64,000 bases of DNA, taken from the NCBI RefSeq assembly GCF_004010195.1, contig NC_057719.1, positions 59,754,408 through 59,818,407 on the forward strand. The letters are read 5' to 3'. Numbering within the stretch: position 1 is the stretch's first letter; each line of letters starts with the position of its first letter. The translations under genes and the position numbers were made by a program. The notes under the pieces were generated by a model. The model had not been told where the DNA came from. It searched no databases and saw only the letters and a list, made by a program, of their open reading frames with translations. Positions 13,090-25,612 of this stretch are shown here, piece after piece. Origin of the DNA: Chiloscyllium plagiosum. Lineage: Eukaryota.

Positions 13090-14879
13090 TGATGTCATAT
13101 AAGAAACCTATGTACTTGATTCACATTTCCTATTTTGCTAATATATTTCACCTAAGGAAAAAGCGATACTAAGGAAATAGCCCTTAGTATCTCAGAACTA
13201 CAGCAGGGAATAATGGTTGGGTTTCCATTCTTTTGGGACCTGTGACTCCTCCCATGAGAGAACATGAAAGTTTAGTTGTGATTGAATAGTTTGGAAGTAC
13301 TAACTGACAATTTTCATGTGGAAAATTACCAGAAAACTCTTGAGGACCTAGTCCTTGGAAGGAACAAAATTAGTGATTTTCTTTTTTTTGGGGGGGGGGG
13401 TGTCAGTGAAGCTGGTGGGCAGGACAGGATGTGATAGGGATTCTGGTGGTTGGGTGGGGTGGTGGGTGGAGAGGACTGATGAAAACATGTTGACAAAAGC
13501 TTTATTACTGTCATTAAGGATTCTTGAACAATTTCTTTATTTTTAAAGATGCAGGAATGGGGGTATAATCTGGACGTGAAAGTCTTCTAACAAAAGCAGC
13601 CTTGTCAATTAGTGATAGTGACTTTATTTGAGAATTGCTACATCTTTAACATGAGCTGCCATTTAGTTAGTGGAAAGCTGTTAATACTGACCTATATTTT
13701 CAATCTAATATGTGTTCCACAGTCAGTGATAAGTGAGTTCATCCATTTGCTGGTTCCAAATGTAATGTGTTCATGGTCCGTTAATGACTTGAGCAATTTA
13801 CTCCCTCCATCTCACCAGTAAATCCAAACAGTAATATTCAGCTGATTTTTGAAGTGAAGTAATACAGGGTTACATGAGAAGAAATGTGCAAGCTGGTTTG
13901 TTCACTGCACTGGGAATAAATACAGCAGTCCTTCAGGAACAGGTACCAACCATCTTTTCAGTCTGTGCACAGTGTACAAGTGTTCAACTAATAGACTTTC
14001 AAAGGTATAAGCATTTCATGTCCCAGAGGAATCACTCCAGCTTCCTTAATCTTCCAATTTAGGTAAGTCGGCTTGAGCTGAACAGTCACTATGTGATTTC
14101 CAGTCTCCAGTTCACAGCAAAATGACGAGTATTTTCTTTTCAGTTTTCATCGTGTGGCTCAATATGAAATCCTGTGCTGGGACTGATTTGTTCTTGGCAT
14201 TAAACCTCCTGGATTCGTTAGCCCCTATTTGTTAGCTTTCTTCATCCAATTCAAATCCATTAGGAATAACCTGTCTAACTTTCAAAATTTGGATCCCTTC
14301 AAAAGCTGAACTGCTTCTCCAAAGATGCAGTATTAGAGATTCATCCTTAATGCTGTGAGGTTGGGATATACATTCTTATGGTAACCCAAACACTAAAGCA
14401 TGTTTGTTGCTAGAATAAACACTTGTATTCATGTAAGAAGCATGATTGCCTGGCCAGAGACATTTTTGCCTTTTTTTGACCAGAAATGAGATTTTACAAA
14501 GGTTTAATGGAAATAAGCAATGCATAATATAGGTAGAACCTGCTGAAGCAGAACAGTTTTATATCTAACAGTCATTTCTTAGTTTATCACGGTATATTGG
14601 AAAGTCATCTTAACTAATAGGTGTGCTGATGAGAGATGATAAAATATTTATAAATATTTTATAAAGAGTCTCCTTCAACAGAATTGGAGGGTGATATCTA
14701 TCTTAACTGAAGAAACAGCTCATGACTTTCTTTAAAATGTGACAAATGCTTTTGATATTATTTGGCATAAAAGGAGATTGCAGTGTGCAACAGTTGCATT
14801 CAAGCAGGCTGACTTGCAATTAAGCTCTTATCATTGCTCAGAGCATAAGAAGTTAGGAAGATATTCAATTGTGAGAAAT

Positions 14880-15900
14880 AAGGGGTTCCGATTAGAGAAA
14901 TAATATGTGGGGTGAGGCAGTAGGGTGGCATGTGAATGTGTAGCCTGCCGGATAAGTGGTTTATTGGGGTGAGGGGTAGGGAATGGGGTGTCATGTAAAT
15001 GGGTAAGGGGTTAGGGCATTAGGTAGGTGAGCAGTTAGACTGGCAAGTGTATGAGGGGATGGCGTATTGGTTGTTGTGGTTGAGGAAATTGGATGCTGTG
15101 GGTGAGAGATAGTGGGTGCGAGGGAGTAGAATGTGGGTCAGAGATAGTGGGTATGAGGGGGTAGAGTGGCAGCTGAGTTGGGGAATGGATTGTCAAGTCA
15201 ATAAGCAGGCAGTATGGCAGGTGAGTAAGATGGAAGGTAGGTAGGTTGGTAAGGGTGAAGGTTGGTAGAGTAAGGAAGAGGGTTAGGACAGGTAAGTGAA
15301 TGTGTGGGAAAGGTGGTAAGTAAATGGGGGAGGGATAAGGTTGGCAAGTGGGAGGGTGGGTGAGGAGTGGGATGTCAGGTGATTAAAGAGTGCATAGAAA
15401 TCTGGGATTTAGCCAGGTTAGGCCATTTAACCTTTTCAGCGTCTGCACCATTCAATGGTATGTGGCTATTCCGGTTGTGCCTCAACTCCATGTTCTTGTC
15501 TGCCCCCTCCCCAGCCCCTTGATTCCATTGTAAGATGGCAGGTGAGTAGGTGAGGGGGCCAAATGGAGGGGAATCAGTAAGCGGGAGGGTGGCAGGTAGT
15601 TGGGTGCTGCAGTAGGGTGGCAGATATATGTGGGGGTACAGGGGTAAGTTGGTGAGAGGATAAGATGTGTTGACAGTTGGGGGATTGGGTGTTGGCTGGG
15701 AATTGGGGAATCATCGGGGGCCTTTGAGGGCCCAGTAATGCTGAGATATTGCTTGAGGGGCAGTTGCTTATCAGACTGGCCTGGCTGTGAGATGCACATT
15801 GTCAGAGGCAGGCTCAGTTAGTGGTGAGGAACTGGATTGAATGGCTGGGTGCTGGGGTGTAATTTGGGTGTTTGGGAGGTCGGATAGGTCAGGTTCTGGC
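14880..15900. repeat. G/purine-rich low-complexity tract with short internal duplications
   Basis: Many GGG/GGTGAG runs; AGAGATAGTGGGT occurs twice about 34 bp apart near 15105-15152. Confidence 0.7.
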
Positions 15901-17424
15901 AGTGGGAGTGGGGTCTAATTCTATTTGCCAACTAAATGAGAATTTTCTCAGTTTAATAGAGATGATAACAGTGTTTGACTGGCATTGATAAAATGTACAG
16001 GTCTGTGACACAAAAGCTGATGGATAAATAGATGAATTAATCCAGTAGTTGAAAGGACGATGGCAAAAGTCCAGAACGTAAAATACTAGACAGTAATACT
16101 TAACTACACTTCCCAATGTGGTGGGATCATTACGAACTCGAGAAAACTGACCGTTGAACACAGGTTAACATAGGCTGATAATGTTTCTTGCTTCACTGGT
16201 GTCTTCTTTGGTCAGCCTTCAGTCCCATGCGATCTTACATTATCAAAGCATAGCTACTTATATACATGATCAGTGACTATTATTAGAGTATTGCTACAGT
16301 TAACCCCTTAATGTTAAGATATATGTTGACAGGAACAAAAAAACCCAGCTACACTAGAAGTTTTAACATTGAATCATATGTGAAGATCAAAGGTCACTTC
16401 ATGGGATCCTTCAAAATTAATACTATTCAGATCAGATCTGTCACAAGAACTCAGTATTACATGGAGAGATGTGTGGTCAAGGATACAGCAACAATGGCAA
16501 TATGAAAGCGTCAAATGAGGTGATTTACAGTAAGGGTCTGAACGGAACTAGGCAGCATTCTATATATCACAGAGCTTGAGCCTGGTAAATATGGAACAGC
16601 TCACTGCAGTAAAGTGCAATCACTTCTTTCAGCTAATTGAATCTTTTGTATAAGCCTCTCTGCTCTTCAACTTACAGGTGGTGATTGTTTCAAAACTGTG
16701 TAAATAACAGAACGTTGAAGCTGCTATCTGACACATAATGGGAGGATTGTGTTGACAGCATCGCAGCTTTAAAATTCCAAACTGCTGAAGTGTGACAAGC
16801 TCTCTGATCTCACCAGCTATCAGCTGCACTAAGGCAGGCACTTTAACTTAGGCGATCAGTTCCATTACATTTTGGCTTGTTATTTGTTTTGAAGTTCTGA
16901 ATTAAACCAACAAGTAAAGAAAGCCCATGGTTACAACTGAGTGTTTTAGTGGGATAAGATAAACATTTGCAGATGCTACCTTAATTCAGGGTTAGTATTT
17001 CTTATCAATTTGAGTCGGCAATACAGAGACAATCTCTGACAATAAACATTAAGATCTCTGTTTTGGCAAAAATTGATTTCAGTGAGACTAAAGCTGCAGT
17101 TGTTCCAGACTATGGATTGTTGAATCTGGTGTATATTTCAAATCTTAATGAAGAATGATACTTTGTGTGTTAGAGATGTATAATATTTTAGAAAAGGAAG
17201 ATTATTTGCATTGGGGTCCCTTATTGGATTGTCTCCTGTAAAAGAAAATACAGAAGACTGACTTCCAGCAAACTCTGAAAGGTGCAAGTGCCTAACCAAA
17301 CAAATGTAAGTGGAAAAATGCTTTGGTCTCTGTGTTCCTGTTACAGAGACAGATGAACTTCTGATTATTGTAAAAGAATTGATCAAGAGGCCCTCATTAA
17401 TGTACTTATGAAGAAGAGACAATT

Positions 17425-17520
17425 GGACTTGAAAAGTTAAATCTGTTTCTCTCTCCACAGATGCTGCAGTATTCTCTGAGTTTGTTTCAGGTTTCCGGTA
17501 GCCATTGTGTTTTGCTTTTA
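17425..17520 (+). mobile_element. Neptune-type PLE terminal-repeat fragment
   Basis: GGACTTGAAAAGTTAAATCTGTTTCTCTCTCCACAGATGCTGC...; same family as 5985-6090. Confidence 0.65.
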
Positions 17521-18959
17521 TGCTCCTTGATATATATTTATGTCTGTGATGAATGAACACTTCAAGGCACTGAAATCATTACGGAACATTTGGTTCCTTC
17601 ATATGGTAGTTGGGAAGAAACTGATAAATGTTGCCAGTCCTCAGCCATGCTAATAGGTGGGTTTTTTTTAACTAAAGAGGAATGACATTTTGCTCCTCTC
17701 AGATAAGGGTTCAAGGTAAGTAGGTGCACTACCCGAGGAGGAGAAATCTATGTGATGGTGATCTGTAAAAGGATGTGGGTGAGGGAAGAACAATGTGTTT
17801 CAAATAAATTATTGCATTTTATGAGTCTCAGTTGCAGTCATGTAAAAAATGTTTTTGCACAATTATAACATTACTGAATTTATTTATCAAGATAATCTTG
17901 ATTTTGAAGGTCAGAAAACATAAAGAGATGAACGTTTTAAGATGGATGTTTGGAGTGGCATGGTGTCTATTAATATAATATAAAATAAATGAACAATGTA
18001 CTCTAAGATTCTTCCTGCTGATCAGGGACAGATTACACATTCATCATTTCATTTGAATAAATCACCTATGCTTTGTACTCTTCCAAATTGTCAGAATTTC
18101 TTCTAAAAATTATTTTTGGAAGGTTAGATCTGTTGTCAATGAGAAAATATACAAAATGTCAGCTTTAGTGCATTTCCAAGGAAAATGACAATACATTTCT
18201 TTTGCTTTTTTTCTTCCTTTCTAAATTATTAATTTCTTATGCTCTTTATTACTTCCACATTTTCAAGGGAAGCTGAAGACTAGCAGCTGGAAAAGTGGAG
18301 TCATGTTGAAGATTTGGTGGCCTTTTCCATCAGATTAGAGGCAGAGGACTGTATAATCATTACCCTGAGCAAAGTCGTCACAGGCTGCCGACTGCCTGGG
18401 GGTGGCAATGATTTTCTGTTTGTGACTGAGGCACTGTTTAAAAAAAAATTGTACTTGGAAGATGCAGCCTGACTCAGAGCTGCATGACTTGAACCCCTAT
18501 AAAGTGAATCAGCACCAACACTACATGACTAGGTCAGTAACCAGCCATATTCGAAACACAAATAGAAACTCTTGTGACAACAGCTTCTCAGCTTGTGTGC
18601 AGCCTATTTACTCAGCTGCAGATGGTGCTGTCAGCCATGGAAACTGACTGGTTTTCCTAGACACAAAAACAAAGCAAGATTGTACTCTGGTTACAAGCTA
18701 ATTTTCACAGCTCTATTACCCGTCGATATTGTGCCTAGGCATGACCACTTTGATACATTGATGCATTACCAGCATCTGAGCAAATACAAAGCTATTAACG
18801 TACAATTTGTCTTTTTATTTCACTACCTGTTAAGCTTCAGTTAAGTAATGCCTGTGGCTAATAATATAAGAGGGAGCATATAGGAGGGAACAATCCATGC
18901 TGAAATTCAATAAGTGTGAGAAAAGACCAGCAGGACACATGGTTACAGAGGGAACAATT

Positions 18960-19740
18960 GCCCAGATAAGAATTCTGTACATGAATGCACGTTGCCTAAT
19001 ATAACAAGTTAATAAAACACTCATTCAGCTTAAATTGTGTGATGCAGAAATCATTCCAGAGAGCTTGCAAAAACCTATGATGGGAAGCAAAATATCCGAG
19101 GCAATTGGATACTTAGAATGTACAGAGAAATTAGAAGAAGTGAAAGGGCAGTGATATTGATACAAGATATAATTACTACAGTCAAGATTTCAGAGAGAAT
19201 GCACATTGCCTAATATAACAAGTTAATAAACACTCATTCAGCTTAAATTGTGGGATGCAGTAGTTATCATAGAGAACTAACAAAAACCTATAATTGGAAG
19301 CAAAATATCCTGGGCAATGGGATACATAGAATGTACAGTGAAATTGGAAGAAGGGAAAGGGTAGTAATATTGATACAAGATATAATTACTACAGTTGAGA
19401 TTTCATGAAGAGAATCAAACAACAACAAAAGATACAAGACACTGGAAAGCAATGTTTACGGCTCACTTGATATTAATGATGAAATTGGGGGATTCAAAAA
19501 TGTAAAGGTTGGGGAAATATGGAGCAGAAACAAAGTGATTGTAACGGGTGAAGCAGAATAGCTCAAGTAACAAAAGCAATGAATTTATAAAATGCATTTG
19601 TGACAGTTTACTTGAACAATTTGCCTTAGAAGCACAAAGGCATCAGGCCATACAAAATTTAATGATGTTAAATGTTAAAAAAGTAGACTTAGACAATAGG
19701 CATGACAACCAGCTATGTCACCACATGATCTTGGAACTGT
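18960..19740 (+). mobile_element. Highly decayed CR1 ORF2 endonuclease region containing a ~214-bp tandem duplication
   Basis: CTGTACATGAATGCACGT (LYMNAR, APE N-terminal motif); GAATGCAC...CAAGATATAATTACTACAGT starts at both 18983 and 19197. Confidence 0.6.
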
Positions 19741-20084
19741 AGATTAATGCAGTTTATATAGCTCCCTTTTAAATTTATAATGATTCAAATTAAAACAGAC
19801 TAGCAGTCAAGTTTTTGGTTTAATTAACTTTGGGTTTAGTTTATTGCAAGTTATTACTTGAGGCTTCTTTGGGATAAAGAATGAAAGTTATTAACAACGA
19901 TAGTAATACTGGAAACATCAGATTCCTGAATGAAACCTGGCTTGATAATCATGAATTTAATTTGTGAAGTTTGTTCCTGTGGGGGCTAGTCACTGAACAT
20001 ATTTGCAAGAGGCTGCCAATGTTCTTTAACAGAAGAATATGAGTTAATTACACAAAAACAAAAAAAGCTGTCGGTTTAAAAACC

Positions 20085-20370
20085 ATCATTCACGAGATGT
20101 AGACATCGTTGGTTAAACCAGCATTTATGGACCATATGAGTTAACATAATGTAGATCTAGAGTCACATATAGGCCAGACCAGGAAAGGCAGGCAGATTTC
20201 CTGTGAACCAGCTAGGTTTTTATGATAATTGACAATTGTTATGTGCTTTATATTCCAGATTTCTGCTGAATTCTTATTTCCCATCTGCCATGGTGGGATG
20301 CAAGCTCACGTCCTCAGAACACTATCTTTTGGTTCTGGGTTACTAACCCAGTGACATCACCACTGTGCCT
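20085..20370 (-). mobile_element. tRNA-derived SINE, second family
   Basis: TCATTCACGAGATGTAGAC...GAGTCACATATAGGCCAGACCAGG...CCATCTGCCATGGTGGGAT...ACTAACCCAGTGACATCACCACTG. Confidence 0.8.
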
Positions 20371-20467
20371 GCACTGCCACATAGCCTCTGATAGTTTGAA
20401 AATCTCTATAGAATCTCTCACAGCTTGGAGACTATACAATCTAATCTCGACCAATTTATAAGAAGTG

Positions 20468-20795
20468 ACAGTATTATCACTGGACTGTTAATCCAGAGAC
20501 CCAGATAATGTTCTGGTGGCCCAGGTTCAAATTCCTTTATGGCAAATGGTTGAATTTGAATTCAATACAAATCTGGGATTAAGAGTCTAATGATGACCAT
20601 CAATCCATTGTTGGTTGTCAGAAAAATCCACCTGACTCATTCATGTCCTTTAGGGAAGGAAACTGCCAGCCTTAACTGGTCTGGCCTACATGCGATTCCA
20701 GACCCACAGGAATGTGGCTAACTCTGGGTAATTAGGGATGGCTAATGAATGTTGGCTGAGCCAGTGATGCCCTCTCCTCATGAATGAATTTTAAA
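20468..20795 (+). mobile_element. tRNA-derived SINE, second family
   Basis: GTATTATCACTGGACTGTTAATCCAGAGACCCAG...GTCCTTTAGGGAAGGAAACTGCC...AATTAGGGATGG...TGAATGAAT. Confidence 0.85.
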
Positions 20796-21450
20796 AGATC
20801 TAAAGATTTCTATACAACTAACGATTATCCTTCTTTTGAAACTAAACTGCTCTTCTGAAATGGCAACCCTGATTCTGTTGAACTGAACTACTAGTGGCTG
20901 CTGCTCTGTTTATCTGTATGCCATTAAACATAAATTTATAAATACTTCATCAGCTAACTACACAGGTATCTGATGAGGCATTTAACTTAAATCGCGTTTT
21001 CTTGGAAGTGAGGTAGTTAGTTCTGTTTCTAAATGATCTCTTAAAAAAAAAAGTTACTTTCACAGAACTGAAACTACAAATCTATTTTAACTCTACTTTA
21101 AAATCAAAATTCTCAAATGATAACATATTATAAACTTGTATTACATCAGAGAATTCCAGGTATCAAGAATAGATAATTGTAAGAAGACAGTCCCAGTAAG
21201 TCTCCAAGGTTTACATTGAGGCCCATTGCTTATGTTTTGTTGTTGCTGAAGTGAAGAAACTAACGCTTGACATCAGATTCAACAGTTCCAAAAAGTCTGT
21301 AGTTGAATAGTTGGTGTTTTCTTTCACAAGTGAACAATCAAATTTTCAGAAAGAGCAATAGAGAGTGGATTCTGGGCTTCTGAACCTTCAGACATTACAC
21401 TTTTAGCTATCCAGTTACTTTGCAGCTGTTTCAAGATGTTTCTTTTGTGT

Positions 21451-21471
21451 TCTCTCTCTCTCTCTCTCTCT
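21451..21471. repeat. (TC)n microsatellite
   Basis: Direct reading. Confidence 0.95.
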
Positions 21472-21949
21472 TTGTCTGTCAGGAGATGCGTAGTCTTCTG
21501 GATGATTCGCAATGGAATTGATGACTAAACAGCCTACCTTGTTAATCATTTTTGACAAATAGGTTAAGATGGCTGCTGTTACTGGATGGACAATGCAAAC
21601 ACCAGATCATGTTCCACATGAGGCATTGGCATTTTGGAGACAGCTTAACTGCCATCTGTCACCCTTAGCTTTTTCTCTGACCAGTGCCCAATTTACATTC
21701 TCACAATGAGTTGTCTAGAACTCCTGGATGAGAGGTTTTATATGTCTAGGTATGTCTGTTTGTAAACCATGTAGAACCACAGTGGTATAGTCAGTTGACT
21801 TGTAAAAGCCATGTTTGTACCAACTTTGTTCAGTTACATTCAGATTAGCTTTTTATCACAAATATCAGTAGTCTTTAGCAGCTTTTTTTTCCTGGAAATA
21901 GCCAGTTCATAATTGCACAATTGAGACAACAACTTTCTGGCAGTATGGT

Positions 21950-22730
21950 CAGGTTGAAAAAAATAGATGTCGTATTGAATTTGATACTTGGTTTGAGGGG
22001 GAAGATGGAGAGTTACAACCATGGTATTGAGTTTCAGGAAAGTAGATTCAAAGAGTAGAGACATAATTTGATGTCAGTAATTTGAACTAAACTGTGAATA
22101 GATAAATCTACAGGGAGTTTAAATTCCACTGTAGATAGTAAAGTGGATAATGGTGGATTGTAAAGTGTCTATGAATATGAACAATATGGCCTTCCAGAAG
22201 AGCATAGATAGATTCTATTAAGTTATAGGTTGAACAGACAGTATTAGTGAAGCATGAGGCTATATGGAGGTGGAGGTAACTTTTAACATATGGGTTAGTA
22301 ATTGCTTATAATATTTGAGACACAAGAGATGAACAACTCAGCTTCTGATTGGCTGGATATAACTCCATATTCAAAAATCAATATTGGGGCCTTAATTCTT
22401 TACCATGTAAAATAATGACAGGTCAGAATAGCTTTGTAATGGTGAGAAACTAATAGATGAAGTTGAGCAAAGGATTTAGATATTCATGTACAAATCATTT
22501 AAAAAAAACTTACGACAAAAAGTCATCAAAATTACATAAATTGGCCTTTATGTCAAGTTTGGCAAAAATAAAGATGTCACGTTTAAGACTTACAAAATCA
22601 TGGTTAGATCCCATCTGGAGTTCTGTGTTCAGCTTTGTAAATTGGACTTCGAAGAACCACTGTCATTGGGAATGGTAGAATCATTAGAATTATAGCATGG
22701 TTTAAAGGGTTAAATTATGAGCAGTTAACA
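21950..22730 (+). mobile_element. Old CR1 RT fragment
   Basis: ATGGCCTTCCAGAAG (MDFQK-like), ATATTGGGGCCTTAATTCTTTACC (LGPxxF), and GGTTAGATCCCATCTGGAGTTCTGTGTTCAG (VRxHLExCVQ). Confidence 0.6.
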
Positions 22731-23089
22731 AGATTCGTGGCTGAGCTAATCACAATATACTGATGCTGTTATGACAAGGTGAGGAGGTGGTATTGGCTCC
22801 ATTCTTTTTAACCACTCTCAGTCAGTCACAGCAAATATTTTTACTTCTTTGTTCACACACTGCTGTAACACATCGATAAAAATGTGCTTAACTAGATCAA
22901 AATGAAGAAGCCAAAATACATTTTCTTTAGTGAAAGACGGATGCATTTTTTATATCTGCCACCTCTGAACAATAATAAAGATGTGGCATACAAACACAGA
23001 CATACCTAGAGACACAGACAGATAATAAGCTTAAAAAGAATTAGGGGCAGGGGAGTGTCCATACAGACAGGAAATCAAAGGCAGATGAA

Positions 23090-23450
23090 GTTTAAAGTTC
23101 TTCGAGTCATTAAGGTATTAGAATTTGATAAAGTAGATGTAAAAAGGATGTTTCCTCCTGTGGGGCAATCTAAAAAGAGAAACCATAGTTTTAGGATAAG
23201 GGCTTGCTGATTAAACAGAGACGAGGAAAAATTGCTTCTCTCAAAAGGTCATGAATCTGTGGAAATCAGTACCCTCGAGTGTGGTGGATGCTGAGAGAGA
23301 TAGACAGATGTTTAATAAGTAATGGGTTGAAACGTTCAGGAGAGTGGATAGGAAAGTGGAGTTGAGGCTGAAATGAGATCGGCCATAATCATATTGAATG
23401 GCGGAGGAAGCTCAAGGGCTGAATTGCCTCCTCCTGGTCATGGTTCTTAT
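23090..23450 (+). mobile_element. CR1 3' end fragment
   Basis: GAGGAAAAATTGCTTCTCTCAAAAGGTCATGAATCTGTGGAA (FSQRVxNLW-like); tail GGGCTGAATTGCCTCCTCCTGGTCATGGTTCTTATG. Confidence 0.8.
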
Positions 23451-24544
23451 GGAAACCTGAATCCTGATTGCTTCACTGCTGTCTTGTTTTTTCGGCAATG
23501 GCAAAGTTTATAGATCCTGAGCCCTCAGTGAATGACTATTATTCCTAATTGTTTTTGTACCGATGGAGTGGGACAATAAAAGAAGACTAACTTAGAGGGA
23601 TGGTCAACATTGCAGACCACAATGTGGAATAACTCATCGCTATCACAACCACAACACACTGTGATCTCAGAGGAGAGTAACTGAGGCCTAGTTTAGGGAG
23701 GTGTCAGTGTTATGACCAGATTGGAAAGATTTTATCAGGGAGGTTTGGGATACTAATCAAGGTGAGAGGAGATAACATATTTCAGAACTTTAGACTGAAA
23801 TAGGATGTTAGAGCTGGGCTGGTAATCATAAATATAGAAGCCCTTTTTGACGTCGTTCATTCCTGGAGGACTCCTGTACTACTCTCTAAAACATTTGTCA
23901 TTCCTAATTTGTAGTCTCCCACTCATAGAATGGACATTGTATTCAACAATTTCATATATTTTACTTCTGTGTCCCTATTTGTAATGATTAATTCATAAAT
24001 AAATGTTTTGCTTATCTTGGAAAATATTTTTATTTATCTTTTTTCATCATATGCTACTATTTATGCTTTCGGCTAGTTTATTAAATTGTTTTTTTACAAC
24101 AATGGTAATATATGCATGGGGGAAGAAATAAGTTACAGCGGACACTTCCTGTTCAGAAACAGCTGTTCTTGCTGCTTGAATATGGAATGAGTTGTCTTTT
24201 TCAAAAACTTGGCAGGTTGAGTATATCAACACAGTTTCTACCCTTGGGAAGGAAGCACAATATGCTGTGTGACATGTTATTTTAAAACTTTTTGTCTGAC
24301 ATAATAAAGTCACAATGTTCTCAACAAATAAAATGTGTCTTCCTTTAACAATATGTCAAGCTTTTGATTTCTGGAACAATCATAATTCTCAGTGTGGTCT
24401 TTTATCATCCCATTATAGCAAGATGTGTTCTGTACAGATTTGTTTCACAATTTTTTTTTGCTCATTTGTAGGGCAGTCACAGTTAGTCCCCAAAAGGTGA
24501 ATTCCTGCATCTACTTATCCTGTCTCAGAACTGAGTCTGAGACC

Positions 24545-25612
24545 TTTTTTTTTTAATTCACTTGATGGCCAACATTTACTGCCTGCCCCTAGTTGCACTT
24601 GAAAAGGTTGCCTTCTTGAACTTTTGTAGACTATGTGCTGTGGGTTGACTCATGATGCTCTTAGGGATGGAATTCCAGGATTTTATTCCAGTGATACTTA
24701 AGGAATGATGATGTATTTCTAAATCAGGTTGGTGAGTGGCTTGGAGGGAACTTGCAGGTGGTGGAGTTCCCATGTATCATCTGCTTTTGTCCTTCTAGAT
24801 GGAAGTGGTTGGGCATTTGAAAATACTATCTAAGGATCTTTGAATTTCTGCAGTATCAGTAGTGGAGGGAGTGGATGTTTGAGGATATGATGCTAGTCAA
24901 GCGGGCTGCATTGCCCTTGATGTTGATGGAGCTGCATCCATCCAGGAAAGTGGGGAGTATTCCATCACACTCCTGACTTGTAGATGGAAGACAAGCTTTG
25001 TCCAATCAGGAGGTGAGTTACTCACATAGTATTCCTAGTTTCTGATCTGCTGTTGTAGTCTCTGTGGCTAGTCTAACTGAGTTTATGGTCAATGGTAATC
25101 CCCTGGCTGTTGATCTTGAGGGCTGTGGTGATGGTAACGTCAATAAAAGTCAAAGGGTGATGGTTAGCATGTCTCTCATTGGAGATGATTATTGCCTGGC
25201 ATTTGCGTGGTGCAAATGTTACTTGCCACTTGTCTGCACAAGCCTGAATAATGTCCAAGTCTTGTTACATTTGACAATGGAGAATTGCAGTACCTGATGT
25301 GTTGCAAATGGTGCTGAACATATTGCAATCATCAGCAAGTATCCCCACTTCTGACCTTATGATGGAGGGAAGGTCATTGATGAAACTTATAAAGATGGCT
25401 GTGCCTAGGACACTACCCTGAGGAACTCCTGCAGAGATGTCCTGGAGCTGTGACCTCCAACAACCACTACCATTTTTCAAATGCCCAGGTATGCCTCCAA
25501 CCTGAGGAGAGTTTGCCCCCACGATTCCCATTGATTTCAGATTCCTAGCTCTCTTTGATGCCAGACTCAGTCAAAAGATTTCTTGTTATCAAGAGCTGTC
25601 ACTCTCAACTCA
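24545..25612 (-). mobile_element. CR1-group LINE RT and 3' end; likely partner of the second SINE family
   Basis: ORF-track peptides AGVPQGSVLGTAIFISFINDLP...ADDC and WQVTFAPRKCQ; the 3' end CAACTAGGGGCAGGCAGTAAATGTTGGCC resembles the SINE tail. Confidence 0.85.

Noticed and set aside
13960..14068. TAG|GTAAGT donor
   Set aside because: The main frame ends in a stop at the junction; no homology.
15935..16050. NENFLSLIEM resembling a hAT transposase motif
   Set aside because: Too short, followed by stops, and no other hAT motifs or terminal inverted repeats.
17160..17250. Minus-strand acceptor with frame GDNPIRDPNANNLPF
   Set aside because: Only a poor donor; the 140-aa ORF containing it partly overlaps a PLE fragment.
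20968..21000. CTGATGAG hammerhead-like start
   Set aside because: No helix II or GAAA downstream.
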